Program-made: the position numbers and the translations under genes
The notes under the pieces: generated by a model
Told to the model about the DNA's origin: nothing
What the model saw: only the letters and a program-made list of their open reading frames with translations
Database searches by the model: none
Part shown: piece by piece, positions 9,175-19,900 of the stretch
Layout: the number at the start of each line of letters is the position of its first letter
Position numbering within the stretch: the stretch's first letter is position 1
Origin: a virus
Lineage: Duplodnaviria > Caudoviricetes
Length of the DNA: 64,000 nt
Reading direction: 5' to 3' (one strand)
Virus record (IMG/VR): IMGVR_UViG_3300037067_015211
Location: 64,001 to 128,000 of that record

Positions 9175-9545
9175 TCGACTTTCAAAATAGTTTTTACTTT
9201 ATCGTAGTCAATGACTGTAAATGTTACTCCGGCAAATAAATTTGTATGCTCATTCCAATGGTCTTCATCATCGTCAGAACAATTAACAATGTATGGACAA
9301 AAGATTCTGTACAACTCTCGTCCATAAACATAATCTATCGCATTATCAAAATGGCCTTGAAATATATCTACAAACTCTCTATATTTCCGATCAAGAAGTT
9401 TTTCTAAAAAACAAATTATTTTCTTTTTTATTTCATCTTTTTTCTTTGTAGTTATGTCTTTGTAATTTTCTAAAAAAGAAAAATCGATATTGCTTATCTT
9501 AAAGTCGTCCGGGAACAACAATATGATTTGTTCGCAGTCACTCAT
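9171..9545 (-). CDS. Hypothetical protein
   Basis: Tightly packed in the minus-strand run. Confidence 0.6.
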   Translation of the reverse strand: MSDCEQIILLFPDDFKISNIDFSFLENYKDITTKKKDEIKKKIICFLEKLLDRKYREFVDIFQGHFDNAIDYVYGRELYRIFCPYIVNCSDDDEDHWNEHTNLFAGVTFTVIDYDKVKTILKVE

Positions 9546-9546
9546 C

Positions 9547-9828
9547 CTAAAATCTCTCTATCCTGTTCCCGCTCTCAATATCAAGGGCAACTCCATATCT
9601 ACCACCTTCAAATTCTTGCTCTTCTACGGGCCATACATAGTAGGCAAAGCAGAAGTGGCAATACAAATCATAATCATGAATTTCGAATAATTGATGCAAA
9701 TGTCCTGTTTTCATATCAACTACAAGTTTTTTGTCTGTGCCCTCTTTTGCCTTTTCTTTCCATTGACTCCACTTCTTATAGTGCCATTGAGACATCACAT
9801 CGAGAAGTTCAATTGTGGCGTTAGTCAT
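9547..9828 (-). CDS. Hypothetical protein
   Basis: SD AAGGA; tightly packed. Confidence 0.6.
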   Translation of the reverse strand: MTNATIELLDVMSQWHYKKWSQWKEKAKEGTDKKLVVDMKTGHLHQLFEIHDYDLYCHFCFAYYVWPVEEQEFEGGRYGVALDIESGNRIERF

Positions 9829-9906
9829 TGGTGTTGTCCTTTAATTATGTTCATATGTTCCGTTCCGTCAACAAATATTTGCAAGTGCCTACGTTTAGCA
9901 ACAAAA

Positions 9907-9979
9907 TTGCCCGACCAAGACTCGAACTTGGAACACAAGATTCAAAATCTTGCATGTTAGCCAATTACACCATCGGGCA
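9907..9979 (-). tRNA. tRNA-Gln(TTG)
   Basis: Acceptor TGCCCGA/TCGGGCA; anticodon arm CAAGA-TT TTG AA-TCTTG; T-loop TTCGAGT. Confidence 0.92.
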
Positions 9980-9983
9980 AAAA

Positions 9984-10055
9984 AGCCCCGAGTGGGAATC
10001 GAACCCACAGTCTCCGATTTACAAAACCGGTGCTTCACCGTTAAGCTATCGAGGC
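9984..10055 (-). tRNA. tRNA-Thr(TGT)
   Basis: CCGGT-TT TGT AA-ATCGG; T-arm GTGGG-TTCGATT-CCCAC. Confidence 0.92.
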
Positions 10056-10219
10056 GTATTCTTCATCTTCTCGAAACACACTGCACAAAACATATTGTGC
10101 ATGCGCAAATCAATTTCACTCGCCTTAAATGATTTACCACATTCCTGACAGGTGACATAGATTTTCTTCTTGGTCGCCTTGTCCCCGTATACAAGTTTCA
10201 GTTCCGTGTTGTTGTCCAT
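10046..10219 (-). CDS. Small Cys4 zinc-finger protein (57 aa)
   Basis: Hand-translated ...VTCQECGKSF...MFCAVC...; SD GAGGA; stop overlaps the 5' end of tRNA-Thr. Confidence 0.5.
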   Translation of the reverse strand: MDNNTELKLVYGDKATKKKIYVTCQECGKSFKASEIDLRMHNMFCAVCFEKMKNTPR

Positions 10220-10259
10220 TTCTGTTCCTCATCATTATGTTGTTGTCACCAATATGATC

Positions 10260-10505
10260 CTACTTCTCTATAAATATTTTAGTCAAATCAATTTGCATGT
10301 CAAGCGCAATTGCTATTTTTAAAAGTTGTTTAATAGTGATTTTGTTGGGGAAGTCACCTAATAGGCGGCAAATGAATTTGTGGCTAACGTTAGCTTTCTT
10401 TGCCAGCTTTCTTTTGGACAAATGTAGTTCATCCATTCTGTCTGATATAGGTTCAGAAATATCAAGGATAAGGTCATAGTATTTTTTGAGAAAGTCTTCT
10501 TTCAT
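10260..10505 (-). CDS. XRE-family helix-turn-helix protein
   Basis: LSKRKLAKKANVSHKFICRLL...ITIKQLLKIAIALD. Confidence 0.75.
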   Translation of the reverse strand: MKEDFLKKYYDLILDISEPISDRMDELHLSKRKLAKKANVSHKFICRLLGDFPNKITIKQLLKIAIALDMQIDLTKIFIEK

Positions 10506-10536
10506 TTTTATATCCTCGCTTTTAGCGTTTGTTTTT

Positions 10537-10609
10537 CTCCGAGGGGAGAATTCGAATCTCCAGTCTACTGATTAACAGTCAGTTGCATAACCAATTATGC
10601 TACCTCGGA
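10537..10609 (-). tRNA. tRNA-Asn(GTT)
   Basis: ACTGA-CT GTT AA-TCAGT; T-arm GGAGA-TTCGAAT-TCTCC. Confidence 0.92.
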
Positions 10610-10618
10610 TCTTCAAAA

Positions 10619-10700
10619 TGGATGGTGGTGGATTTGAACCACCGAAGACGGAGCCACCAGATTTACAGTCTGGCCCCTTTGACCACTCGGGCAACCATCC
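10619..10700 (-). tRNA. tRNA-Tyr(GTA)
   Basis: CCAGA-CT GTA AA-TCTGG; long variable arm; T-loop TTCAAAT. Confidence 0.93.
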
Positions 10701-10710
10701 AAACAAATTT

Positions 10711-10788
10711 TGGTAGGACGAGAAGGATTCTAACCTTCGATCCCCGGATTAAAAATCCGGTGCTTTGAAACAACTAAGCTATCGTCCT
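10711..10788 (-). tRNA. tRNA-Lys(TTT), CCA encoded, atypical elbow
   Basis: CCGGA-TT TTT AA-TCCGG; T-loop TTAGAAT; D-loop has GT instead of GG. Confidence 0.88.
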
Positions 10789-10795
10789 ATAAAAA

Positions 10796-10900
10796 CGGAT
10801 AGCAAACCAACAATCTCATTTAATCGTGTCCGCAACGAGCCTTGTCCATACACCTATGGGCACTTTCAAGAGCCGAAATGTCAGCTTGCCATCAAGCGGA
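10796..10900 (-). ncRNA. Unassigned structured RNA at the head of the tRNA operon
   Basis: GAUGGCAAGCUGACA pairs with UGUUGGUUUGCUAUC (15 bp, 4 G-U) and encloses small hairpins; lies just downstream of a promoter. Confidence 0.55.
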
Positions 10901-10909
10901 CTAACATCT

Positions 10910-10937
10910 AGTATATGCGTGATTTTCAGTTTGTCAA
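10910..10937 (-). promoter_or_regulatory. Promoter TTGACA-N16-TATACT for the tRNA cluster
   Basis: Near-consensus elements between the terminator and the RNA genes. Confidence 0.7.
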
Positions 10938-10938
10938 A

Positions 10939-10968
10939 TAAAAAAGCCCGACTTTTTAAGCCGGGCTA
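10939..10968 (-). terminator. Rho-independent terminator
   Basis: AGCCCGGC-TTAAAAA-GTCGGGCT then T-tract on the minus strand. Confidence 0.75.
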
Positions 10969-10993
10969 ATATATTTTTTATGATTATTCTACG

Positions 10994-11473
10994 TTATTTC
11001 TTAGCCGCCCCACGCCATACTTGGTCAACATTGGTATTTACCATGCCAGCTTCTTTTTCCTCGTCTTCCTTGCCCTCTATGGCCTCTTCTGGGGCATTTT
11101 CACCACCCTTGGCCTTCCCATCGCCCACAAGGGCCATAATGCTGTCCTGTAGCTCTGTAATCTCATCTGCGGACATTTCTTCGGTCTTTTTCATAAGCTG
11201 TTCAGCAAACGGCAACCATTTATAATAGTTTTTGTTCTCATCGATATGAACATTGGCAATCTTTTCGGCTTCCTTGGGGTCATCCGTATGCTCCATTTCG
11301 ATTTCTATGCCAACTTCAAGGTCTGAGTCGGCTTCAACTTCAGGAATCTCTTCCTTTACTTCTTCGGCCTTTTCTTCTTCGCTATCTTCGGGCTTGCCAC
11401 TATCCTTGTCGCCCTGCCATTGATTCTTTTCCTGCGCGACTCTATTTCTCTTCCAGTTTTCGAATGTTTGCAT
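10994..11473 (-). CDS. DUF5661-like acidic protein with leader MQTFENWKRNRVAQ
   Basis: GIEIEMEHTDD...IANVHIDE..NYY..L pattern. Confidence 0.65.
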   Translation of the reverse strand: MQTFENWKRNRVAQEKNQWQGDKDSGKPEDSEEEKAEEVKEEIPEVEADSDLEVGIEIEMEHTDDPKEAEKIANVHIDENKNYYKWLPFAEQLMKKTEEMSADEITELQDSIMALVGDGKAKGGENAPEEAIEGKEDEEKEAGMVNTNVDQVWRGAAKK

Positions 11474-11500
11474 GATACATTTCCTTTTTAAAGTTGTTTA

Positions 11501-11944
11501 TTACTCTCCACCAAAATATCCCGGGTCTTCCACAACATCACCAATATGATCGTCCAAATATTGACGCGCACTTTCAATGAACTCTCCGACCGTAACACCA
11601 CATACTTTACAATCAGTTGTACCATCTGTGTAAGGATGTCTGCATGGAGTAAAATTGGCCTGTGCATCAGCCAATGCTTTGTTTTCCTGTTCCGCAGTCC
11701 AATCTTCATCGAAAGCTTTTTTCTCAATCTCTTTAGTAAAATCCTTCTGCACCATTGCCGGACTCCAACCAAATGTTGAAGCGGTGCCCGGGAAGTCAAG
11801 ATCAGTTTGCACCAACATATCTTGCCCTGTGTCCAAATCAGTTACAGTATATGTTCCAAAATTGCTATAGCCAAGTTCTATCTGTCCAGCCTTAGTCTTT
11901 TTAGATGCAAGTTTCTTTTGCCGCCAATTTTCGTATGTACCCAT
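11501..11944 (-). CDS. Hypothetical protein with leader MGTYENWRQKKLAS
   Basis: SD AAGGA; C-x-H...CxxC near the C-terminus. Confidence 0.7.
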   Translation of the reverse strand: MGTYENWRQKKLASKKTKAGQIELGYSNFGTYTVTDLDTGQDMLVQTDLDFPGTASTFGWSPAMVQKDFTKEIEKKAFDEDWTAEQENKALADAQANFTPCRHPYTDGTTDCKVCGVTVGEFIESARQYLDDHIGDVVEDPGYFGGE

Positions 11945-11998
11945 TGAATAATCCTTTAAAATTAATGCTATCTCAATTATAGCAAATCATTGCACTTT

Positions 11999-12325
11999 TT
12001 ATCTTTTTTTTTCCGCATCCACACATCTAACCAATTCTTCATAATAATGTTGCATGATATCCATTCTCTCGTCCAAAACTACGTCATCCAAATCATCTAT
12101 GTCCACCATCTTACCAGACAGCATTATCTTCCCGTCCTTCTCTTCCTTTATCATCTCGTTGTAGACATATTCCACCGCAGTCTTGTAGACCTTAAATAAC
12201 CGCTCTATACCAACCGACAAAATAATTTGTTCCCGACTCATCCCCTCATGTGGATTAAAGAACTCATAGGCCAATAGGAATAGATCGTCATCTTTCAATC
12301 GGGAGATAATCTCATATTTTGTCAT
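11999..12325 (-). CDS. Hypothetical protein
   Basis: ATGA-type overlap with the upstream gene. Confidence 0.6.
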   Translation of the reverse strand: MTKYEIISRLKDDDLFLLAYEFFNPHEGMSREQIILSVGIERLFKVYKTAVEYVYNEMIKEEKDGKIMLSGKMVDIDDLDDVVLDERMDIMQHYYEELVRCVDAEKKR

Positions 12326-12621
12326 TTCTTAAACTTCTTAAAACACTTTTCACAAAGGAAAATGGGTATGCCAAACCCATTGACTTCACAATATGTTTCA
12401 TCAAAGCCTATTATATTATAACACTTATCGCACTGACTGGAAGCAGAATAATGGATTACGAGTGGGGTCAGAGCCTCCATGATTTTCAAATAAAATTTGT
12501 ATTGTTCGGCCACACTAGCTTTTTCCTTAGGTTCAAAATCGCACGACAACCCTGCCTTTTCCAGTGCAATGGTTAAGTTTTGTAAAACTAGATTAAAGTC
12601 CTCGTCTTTTAGTTTTTCCAC
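12322..12621 (-). CDS. Hypothetical protein with C-terminal Cys4 zinc motif
   Basis: CDKC...CEKC. Confidence 0.6.
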   Translation of the reverse strand: MEKLKDEDFNLVLQNLTIALEKAGLSCDFEPKEKASVAEQYKFYLKIMEALTPLVIHYSASSQCDKCYNIIGFDETYCEVNGFGIPIFLCEKCFKKFKK

Positions 12622-15600
12622 TATCCCCGCCCCTTTATGCTAAGTTTTATTTCATTTCCGGAAGAACTAAGTTTAATATTTCTGTTGGGCATAACATTCC
12701 AAATCTTTACAATTTGTGCATCTTCAAATAAATGCTCTCCAATATCATCTCCAGAACCAGCCTTTAATCCTTCTATTAAAGCAATTTGTTTTCCAAAATA
12801 ATTGCTTTTCATAAACGTTGCCATATCAGAAGCGACTGTTTTATTATTTCTAATGCCTGTAGCAGACGTTGCTCCAATTTCTTCCCCCGTACATTCACCA
12901 TCATCCCAATGATAAGATGATGGTAAAACATCGCCAATTTTGTTTGTTGTACTTGATGGCAACATTCTAAGCCCATATTGAAGGTTTGGATTTTGGGAAA
13001 CAATGGCAGATGTTTCACTTATTATTTGATTTTTCAAATCTTCTGAAATGTGGCTTGAACCAATTTGTGCTAACCTAACAGTCTTTTTGGCATCCGTGGA
13101 ATAATCTGCGTCTGAATATCCATCACCATCATATTTGTTCTCTTGAGTAACCGGCAAGCCCTTAATATCGAAATCCGTGTAGCCTGTGCCCATACTGACC
13201 ATCTTAGTCTTATATATCTCTTTCAAATCTTTTGCAAACGCTTTCCAAGCCTGTTCTATTTCGGCCTTTTGTTTCTTCATAGCATCCATAGATGTGGTGC
13301 CCATTATTTTCATATCGGGAACATTATAATGATCTTGATACAGCTTTAACCAAGCGTTTAGCAATTGATTGTTGCCGACAATGGCGGTCGATTTTACAAA
13401 CATATCGTGGAACTCGATTGAGTCAAATAACAAATATCTGTCTTCGGCCTTAGATAAAGAGATTGTTCCACCTTCATTTTTAATGGAATACCAGCCAAAC
13501 AATTTGTTCTTACCAGCCGTTTCATTCTCAAAATAATATTCCTTGTCTGGATCTAAGTTGAGCAATGATTTGTATATTTTCATTCTATTCGTAACCGGCA
13601 CTACTACTGGGCTTTCTTGTATGTGGTAGTAAAGTATACCCTGCGATACGGGAATATCGTCTATCTCCCTATACAGGACAGAAAATGCATGATCTGGTCT
13701 TAGATATCCCCTTTCCATAGCCGCTTGTCCAGCCCCGCCAAATTTTTGGCAACAACCGGTTAAGAGTCGTTCTCCTAATACCATGCCAAGAGGATCATCC
13801 TTGCGCAGTATCTCTATACGATATTTGTTGCCATTAACCTCGTATACCTTTTGTAAGGGCTTAATAATGGCCGCTTCTAAATCTGCGAATCCTTCTTGTC
13901 TGGATAATCTATCCACATAATCGTCTATTCTATCAGCATCTTTACCTTCAGAATATTTGTACATCATGTTCTTAAACTTGGACAAATTATTATTTGATGG
14001 CACAAACTCTACACCTTCTTGTATTTTTAATAATTCGGGTATGGTAGGTGTTTCCACTTTCTTTAACTCTTCGTCTATTTTTCTCTTTAATTCCTTGTAG
14101 TCGTGGATAACTATTGTGCCGTCTGCCATTTGCTTGCGAATATCGGCATCGATTTGTTGGCGTTTTTGTGAATAAAATATGGGTAGTTTAGAAGCCGCTA
14201 CAATCAAATCGGGGAAGTTGGAGTAATCGGCCCTGCGTATTACGTAGGACAACACCAGACTGCCAAATTGTTTGTCCCTAGTGGCTTTTTGGAATTGGTC
14301 ATTTTGTAGGTTGACTACGATATCGTGTAGGCTCGTCCCCCGGTTTAGTTGAGCATTATACAGAATCTTTATCTTCTTCTCACCCCCCGTATTTTTGCCC
14401 CCCATAAGGTCTGCCAAGACGCCCATTGCGTCTTGTTGTTTATTGCCGACAATAAACTCTTTTGTCTCTTCCAGTTCTTTTTGGAATAGCTGGTTCTTGG
14501 TAGACTCTTTATTTAGGTTGTTTTCCGGCGCGGCCATATTATTGCTCTTTAGGATTTTTGCCACGCTGTTGTATAGGTTGTTTTTGTGTTGCCAAGATTT
14601 TCTGTCATCTGATAGTGGTAAATAGTTTATCGCCCCATTGAGGACTAATGGTTCTTCCTCTATGGATGGTTTATATTTAAAAATTTGTTCCGGATTAGTA
14701 AGAATTGCTGCGCTTGCGGCCTCAATCATGTTCTTTTTTACATCTTCATCTTTAAACTTTTTTGTTCTTGTCAAGAAATAATTTGCATTTCCTATATGTG
14801 AATAGTAAATGGATAAAACTTTTTGGGTGTCGAAAGTCATGGTAAACTTGCCAACCGGGAGAGTAAAGTTACTTTCTAGTTTGGCATCAGTGGCTTCTTT
14901 GAAATAATTGTTCATAAAAAAATTTTCCGAAAATGCTTTGTATCCATCGTCGTCAATTATTTTTTGTAGTTGGTCTTGAGTAAGCAACTCACTATATACT
15001 GCGGTAGATAAATTAATGTCACGCCTAATTAGCCCATGAAGCGTTAATACAAATTTATCGCCAATATTATATTTTTGTGCAATCTTATAGAGTCTGTAAA
15101 AATCAACGCCATCTAATTCCTTATAATAACTGTTAATGGTAGAAAATATTGCATCAATATCTATAGAGCCTTTAACGGCAACTTCAATGATCTTGTAAAA
15201 GAAATCCAAGCTTGTCATTTGATTGGTTACAAACTCATTTATTACTATACTAAAAAAATCTGGGTCGTAACTGGAAACATAATTTAATAAATTGTCGTCA
15301 ATTATTTTTAGCACTTGTTTGTGATAATCATCACCAAATTCATGTATTTGCGTTTCCGTATTTTTTAGCTGTATTAATAGACTAACAACATTCTTAAAAT
15401 ATACACCCTTTTTCGCCAAAGTCTCTAAAATCTTTTGCTTTAGTAGTGGTACATTAACCTTAACATCATCTTCGTACAATAAAAGTAATATTTTTGTTAG
15501 TCCGCGTATAGAAAGATATCGTGATGTTTCAAGCATTTCATTAATATTGCTCTCCGCGTCCTCCGTTCTTGCCATAGTCTCAACAGATTGCCCATCTGTA

Positions 15601-16913
15601 TAATATTCCGCCCAGCCCGTTTTCTTCAGTAGTTGCCAAATTTTGTTTGCCGTCTCTCGTGGGAATTTCGACAAATCCATTTGCGGTACAATATGAGATG
15701 CAAAATATTCCAGAGATTCCTCTTGCCCGGGCTTTTCCAACAATTCCAATATTCTAGGCATCACCTCTATAACACCTATGTCAATGGCAATGTAGTCTTC
15801 CCACTTTTTAAGTACATCAGGAAGAATGGGCAATATTTCTTCGTCTGGCAGTTCAAACAAGAAGCCAGCATACCTCATGGATAAAATATTTTTATCGTCA
15901 GTGGTCAATAGATATTTAATAATCTGCGAGTAATCTCCGCCATTTTCCTTTATCTCGTTAAATAGGGATAATAAATACCGATATGCATATGCGGTTGCTT
16001 CTAAATTAATTGTTGATATATCGTCTGTTGTAATAGGTGTTTGAGAAAAGTGTTTTACCAATGCTTTAAAAACAGTTTTGTTGGGGTCAAATTTTGACTC
16101 CCCGGGGGCAAAAAATAAACTCAACAAAACACGAACCCCCTTTTCTTGCAAAATTTTTACCCATAGATCGGCATATCTATCATCATCATCAGCGTCTATT
16201 ATATTCTGAAACATTCTACTAATGGCAGAAGTACGCCCAAAAGTAATAATAATATCCGTCCCCGCATAGAATTTCCAAAGATTATTAATCAAATCAAATG
16301 CATTGTTCACATACTTTTGATACACAAAAAGTAACTTCAAGAAAAACAAATAATTAGCTTCTGATAATATTTTTTTCATTTCTTGTTGCGCTTCTGTAAC
16401 AACCTCGGCGGGGTTGCCGATAATGCTTAAAACTTGTGGCTCGTTCAATTTTTCCGCGCTATTCACCTGCACCAGAATATAATGTGCCAACTCCTTTTTA
16501 GACTGAGGGGAAATCTGAATTTGATGCTGATCTATTGCCTTGGCAAGAGCAAGCAAATTTGTTGGAACATGTCTATTATATTCCATAAACCTAATACAAT
16601 ATTCAACAAACTGCCCTTGATATTCTTGTGGGATTTGGGTAATTCTAGCCGCCATAAGCATAGTATCAAAAAACCAATCTGCATCTCTATCAACAAACTT
16701 TTCTTTTAAAATCTCTGCACAATGTTCATCAAAATATTTTTTAATCGCCTTTTTATATTCTGGATCCGTGTTCCCACCCCCAAATGATGGATACATTTTT
16801 GTTGCATATTCAGCAATCATTTTTTGCGCCTCTGGCGTATTGATAAGACTCGCACCTTCTTCTTGCGCATGCCTACTAAGCTGAATCTCTCTATTGTTGT
16901 TGCTAAGTTCCAT
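12621..16913 (-). CDS. 1430-aa protein: helical N-terminal region, KDDP...LGE...CCQ (PcfJ/GNAT-like) domain, extra C-terminal domain; paralog of the next gene
   Basis: EILRKDDPLGMVLGERLLTGCCQKFGGAG...SQGILYY...LLFDSIEFH shared with 16926-20939. Confidence 0.8.
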   Translation of the reverse strand: MELSNNNREIQLSRHAQEEGASLINTPEAQKMIAEYATKMYPSFGGGNTDPEYKKAIKKYFDEHCAEILKEKFVDRDADWFFDTMLMAARITQIPQEYQGQFVEYCIRFMEYNRHVPTNLLALAKAIDQHQIQISPQSKKELAHYILVQVNSAEKLNEPQVLSIIGNPAEVVTEAQQEMKKILSEANYLFFLKLLFVYQKYVNNAFDLINNLWKFYAGTDIIITFGRTSAISRMFQNIIDADDDDRYADLWVKILQEKGVRVLLSLFFAPGESKFDPNKTVFKALVKHFSQTPITTDDISTINLEATAYAYRYLLSLFNEIKENGGDYSQIIKYLLTTDDKNILSMRYAGFLFELPDEEILPILPDVLKKWEDYIAIDIGVIEVMPRILELLEKPGQEESLEYFASHIVPQMDLSKFPRETANKIWQLLKKTGWAEYYTDGQSVETMARTEDAESNINEMLETSRYLSIRGLTKILLLLYEDDVKVNVPLLKQKILETLAKKGVYFKNVVSLLIQLKNTETQIHEFGDDYHKQVLKIIDDNLLNYVSSYDPDFFSIVINEFVTNQMTSLDFFYKIIEVAVKGSIDIDAIFSTINSYYKELDGVDFYRLYKIAQKYNIGDKFVLTLHGLIRRDINLSTAVYSELLTQDQLQKIIDDDGYKAFSENFFMNNYFKEATDAKLESNFTLPVGKFTMTFDTQKVLSIYYSHIGNANYFLTRTKKFKDEDVKKNMIEAASAAILTNPEQIFKYKPSIEEEPLVLNGAINYLPLSDDRKSWQHKNNLYNSVAKILKSNNMAAPENNLNKESTKNQLFQKELEETKEFIVGNKQQDAMGVLADLMGGKNTGGEKKIKILYNAQLNRGTSLHDIVVNLQNDQFQKATRDKQFGSLVLSYVIRRADYSNFPDLIVAASKLPIFYSQKRQQIDADIRKQMADGTIVIHDYKELKRKIDEELKKVETPTIPELLKIQEGVEFVPSNNNLSKFKNMMYKYSEGKDADRIDDYVDRLSRQEGFADLEAAIIKPLQKVYEVNGNKYRIEILRKDDPLGMVLGERLLTGCCQKFGGAGQAAMERGYLRPDHAFSVLYREIDDIPVSQGILYYHIQESPVVVPVTNRMKIYKSLLNLDPDKEYYFENETAGKNKLFGWYSIKNEGGTISLSKAEDRYLLFDSIEFHDMFVKSTAIVGNNQLLNAWLKLYQDHYNVPDMKIMGTTSMDAMKKQKAEIEQAWKAFAKDLKEIYKTKMVSMGTGYTDFDIKGLPVTQENKYDGDGYSDADYSTDAKKTVRLAQIGSSHISEDLKNQIISETSAIVSQNPNLQYGLRMLPSSTTNKIGDVLPSSYHWDDGECTGEEIGATSATGIRNNKTVASDMATFMKSNYFGKQIALIEGLKAGSGDDIGEHLFEDAQIVKIWNVMPNRNIKLSSSGNEIKLSIKGRG

Positions 16914-16925
16914 ATAAGCTTCCCT

Positions 16926-19900
16926 TTAGTTTTTACTCAGCTCTATTTTTTTCTTCTTTTTCTTCTCGCCAATGAAAAATTTTTGCACTTCAGGAGCGGC
17001 CACTTCTTTGGCAATACTAAGAACTATATCTTTCTTGGCCAACCTCACCGTATGTTTAGAGTCCAAACTATAATCGGCATCTGAATACTGATATTTGCCA
17101 GTCGTGTTTACATACCTATTCTCCGGCGTTTCAGGCAACCCGTCAATGTTAAAATCAGTATATCCAGTGCCCATGCTGACCATACGACACTTATACATAT
17201 CACGCAAATCTTTTGCAAATAATTTCCATGCCGTCTCAATCTGCTCTTTTGTCTTGTCCAGAGAAATATCCTGCCACTTTAAATCGCCCGTATTTATTGT
17301 CTTACCCGATTTATAGTACAAATAGTTTGCCGCCAAACTTTGGCCTTCTTGTACATCATCTTCATCATCGTCGTCTTTGACGAACATATCGTGGAATTCA
17401 ATGGAATCGAATAGTAAATAGTTGTCTGCCGGTTTAACCAACAAAATAGCCTTTTTGTCTTCATTCCACATTAAACCGTACCAGCCTATAACACTCTCGC
17501 CGTCTATATTTTCGTCAAAGTAGTATTCTTTTGTGCTAAATGCCCTGTAGGGAGATATTTCCAGCTTAGACAATTCTTGATATTTTTCAGTATCCTTGTC
17601 AACTATAACCAATTTGTTAGTCGGGTTCTCTGTGTGATAATAAAGTATCCCCTGTGATACTGGTATTTCGTCGCCCTCTCTATAGAGTACGGAGAATGCA
17701 TGGTTGGGGCTTAGATAACCACGCTCCATAGCAGTCTGCCCCGCACCACCTAGCTTTTGGCAACACGATGTCAATAGCCTTTCGCCCAATACCAACCCAA
17801 GCGGATCGTCCTTGCGTAAAATTTCAAGCCTATATTTGTGGCCATCTACAGTGTACACCTTTTGCAAGGGTTTAATACTCGCCATCTCTACATCGCCAAA
17901 AGCAGTGTCCCGAGAAAGCCTTTCCACAAACTCGTCAATAGATTCCTTGGAACTTTCAGAGTATTTATACATCGTATTTTTGTGTATCGATAATGGCGTA
18001 TCGGCTGTATCTACGGCAACATTTGTGTCCACCTTCAGTAGTTCCACCACTGACGGCAATTTAACCTTTTTCATTTCCTCGTCTACTAGCTTTTTTAGCT
18101 CCTTGGGGCCACTGATTTGTATTAGGGCATCTTTGTCCTGTTGCTTCAAATCCGCTTCAATAGAAGCCCGTTTCTGGCCCATATAGACAGGAATCTTAGC
18201 CGCCGCGCTAACTAGATCGGCAAATATTTGATAATCCGCCCGTCTAACCAAATAAGACAACACCAGATTGCCAAATTGTTTGTCCTTTGTAGCGTTTTGA
18301 AAGTTTTCACCCTGTAATGCTACGGCTATATCGTGCAAGCTTGTGTTTCGCTTTAACTGGGCATTGTAGACAATTTTTATTTTCTTCAACCCACCCGTAT
18401 TTTTGCCGCCCATAAGATCCGCCAGTGCATCTATTGGGTTTTCGCCGACGATATCCTTAATCGAATTCGCCTCATCGTTAAATAGTTTGTTCTTTACATC
18501 TTCGGAATAGAGATTAGACTCTGGTTTAGGCACATTTAAATTATTGATTTTAGTCGCCAAATTTATTGTATCGACGACCTTAGATTTTTCAAACCATGCC
18601 TCTCTGTCGTCATATTCATTGAAGTTTACAGAGTAGTTTGCAAGATTCGCCAATAATTTTTCCCTTTCTGGCTCATCCAAATTCCAACTATCAAGTACAT
18701 ATATAGGATCATGATTTCTAATGCCTGCTTTTAATATGAGATTTTTTTCCTCGAAAGAAAGCGTGGCAACCCCAGATGATTTTCGATAATAATTACCCCA
18801 TAAAGGTGAATGAAAGAAATTCTTGTCAAACAGCGCAGATTTTAATAGATTAGTTTTGTTTATATTTATGGAAAATTCACCATCTTTACTTCTTATTTCA
18901 TTGCCATTGCCTTCTGGGCCAGTCAATATAACATATGCAAACTTTTTGTCGAAAGAATATTTATCGTATTGTTCCTGAAGAAGATCATTATTCAAATCTT
19001 TGTATACCGGTTGTCTGCCGCATCTTAGCGCAGAATTAATAATCGTGGCTATAATGCCTTTTTCATATTTTTCATATATGTCAAATATTCTTGACCAATC
19101 TAGTTTGATAATGGGTTCTTCTTTATGCGTTGTTAATTTAATAAAATATATCGTACCATAACTTTGTCCTGCGTAATCGTCTAATAGTTTGTAAAACTGA
19201 TCTTCGGTCGGGACAAAATTATTGGCTTGCAAAAAATCGATAAAATCATTCATGTTACTATTTGGCGATACGGATATATTGTCAATTATAGTTAAAATCA
19301 TTTTTTTGTTAAATTCGGCACCATAAATACCTTTAAATTGTGACGACATACTTATTTTATCTTCGGCATCGTCTCTTGACAAATATGTTATCACCGCATC
19401 CTTCAAATCAATGTTACTTTCTCCCGCCCTTATTTTATTGAACATTAGCGCAAGAAAATTCGACAAACTATCTGTATTTATCCTATTGATGTTTTCCAAG
19501 ACGGGAGAATACATATCTTTTTCATTCTCTTTTGATACGCCCATAACAAGGGCAACATTTCTTCTGGTAATTAAAGTGGCATATGCGCTCAAATCATTGT
19601 CTTTACAATATTGCATGAATGATTTTGTTGTATTTTCATCAGAAAAAATATCGCGAGACTTTAATGTTTCTCTAATTACTTTGTAAAAATAATTTTCTTT
19701 TTCTGCTATCTGGGCAGACTCTAATATCTTTTTATATTCCTCGTCCGTAAGCATAATGTTTGTATGGCGCATTATCTGATCTAATATAGCATTAATGTAA
19801 TCAGACAACTCGCTGGTAGAAAATTTATCTATTGCATAGTAAAAAGAATACAGGATACTACTCCACAATGCTTTTACTAACGTCAAATCAAGCTTTAATG

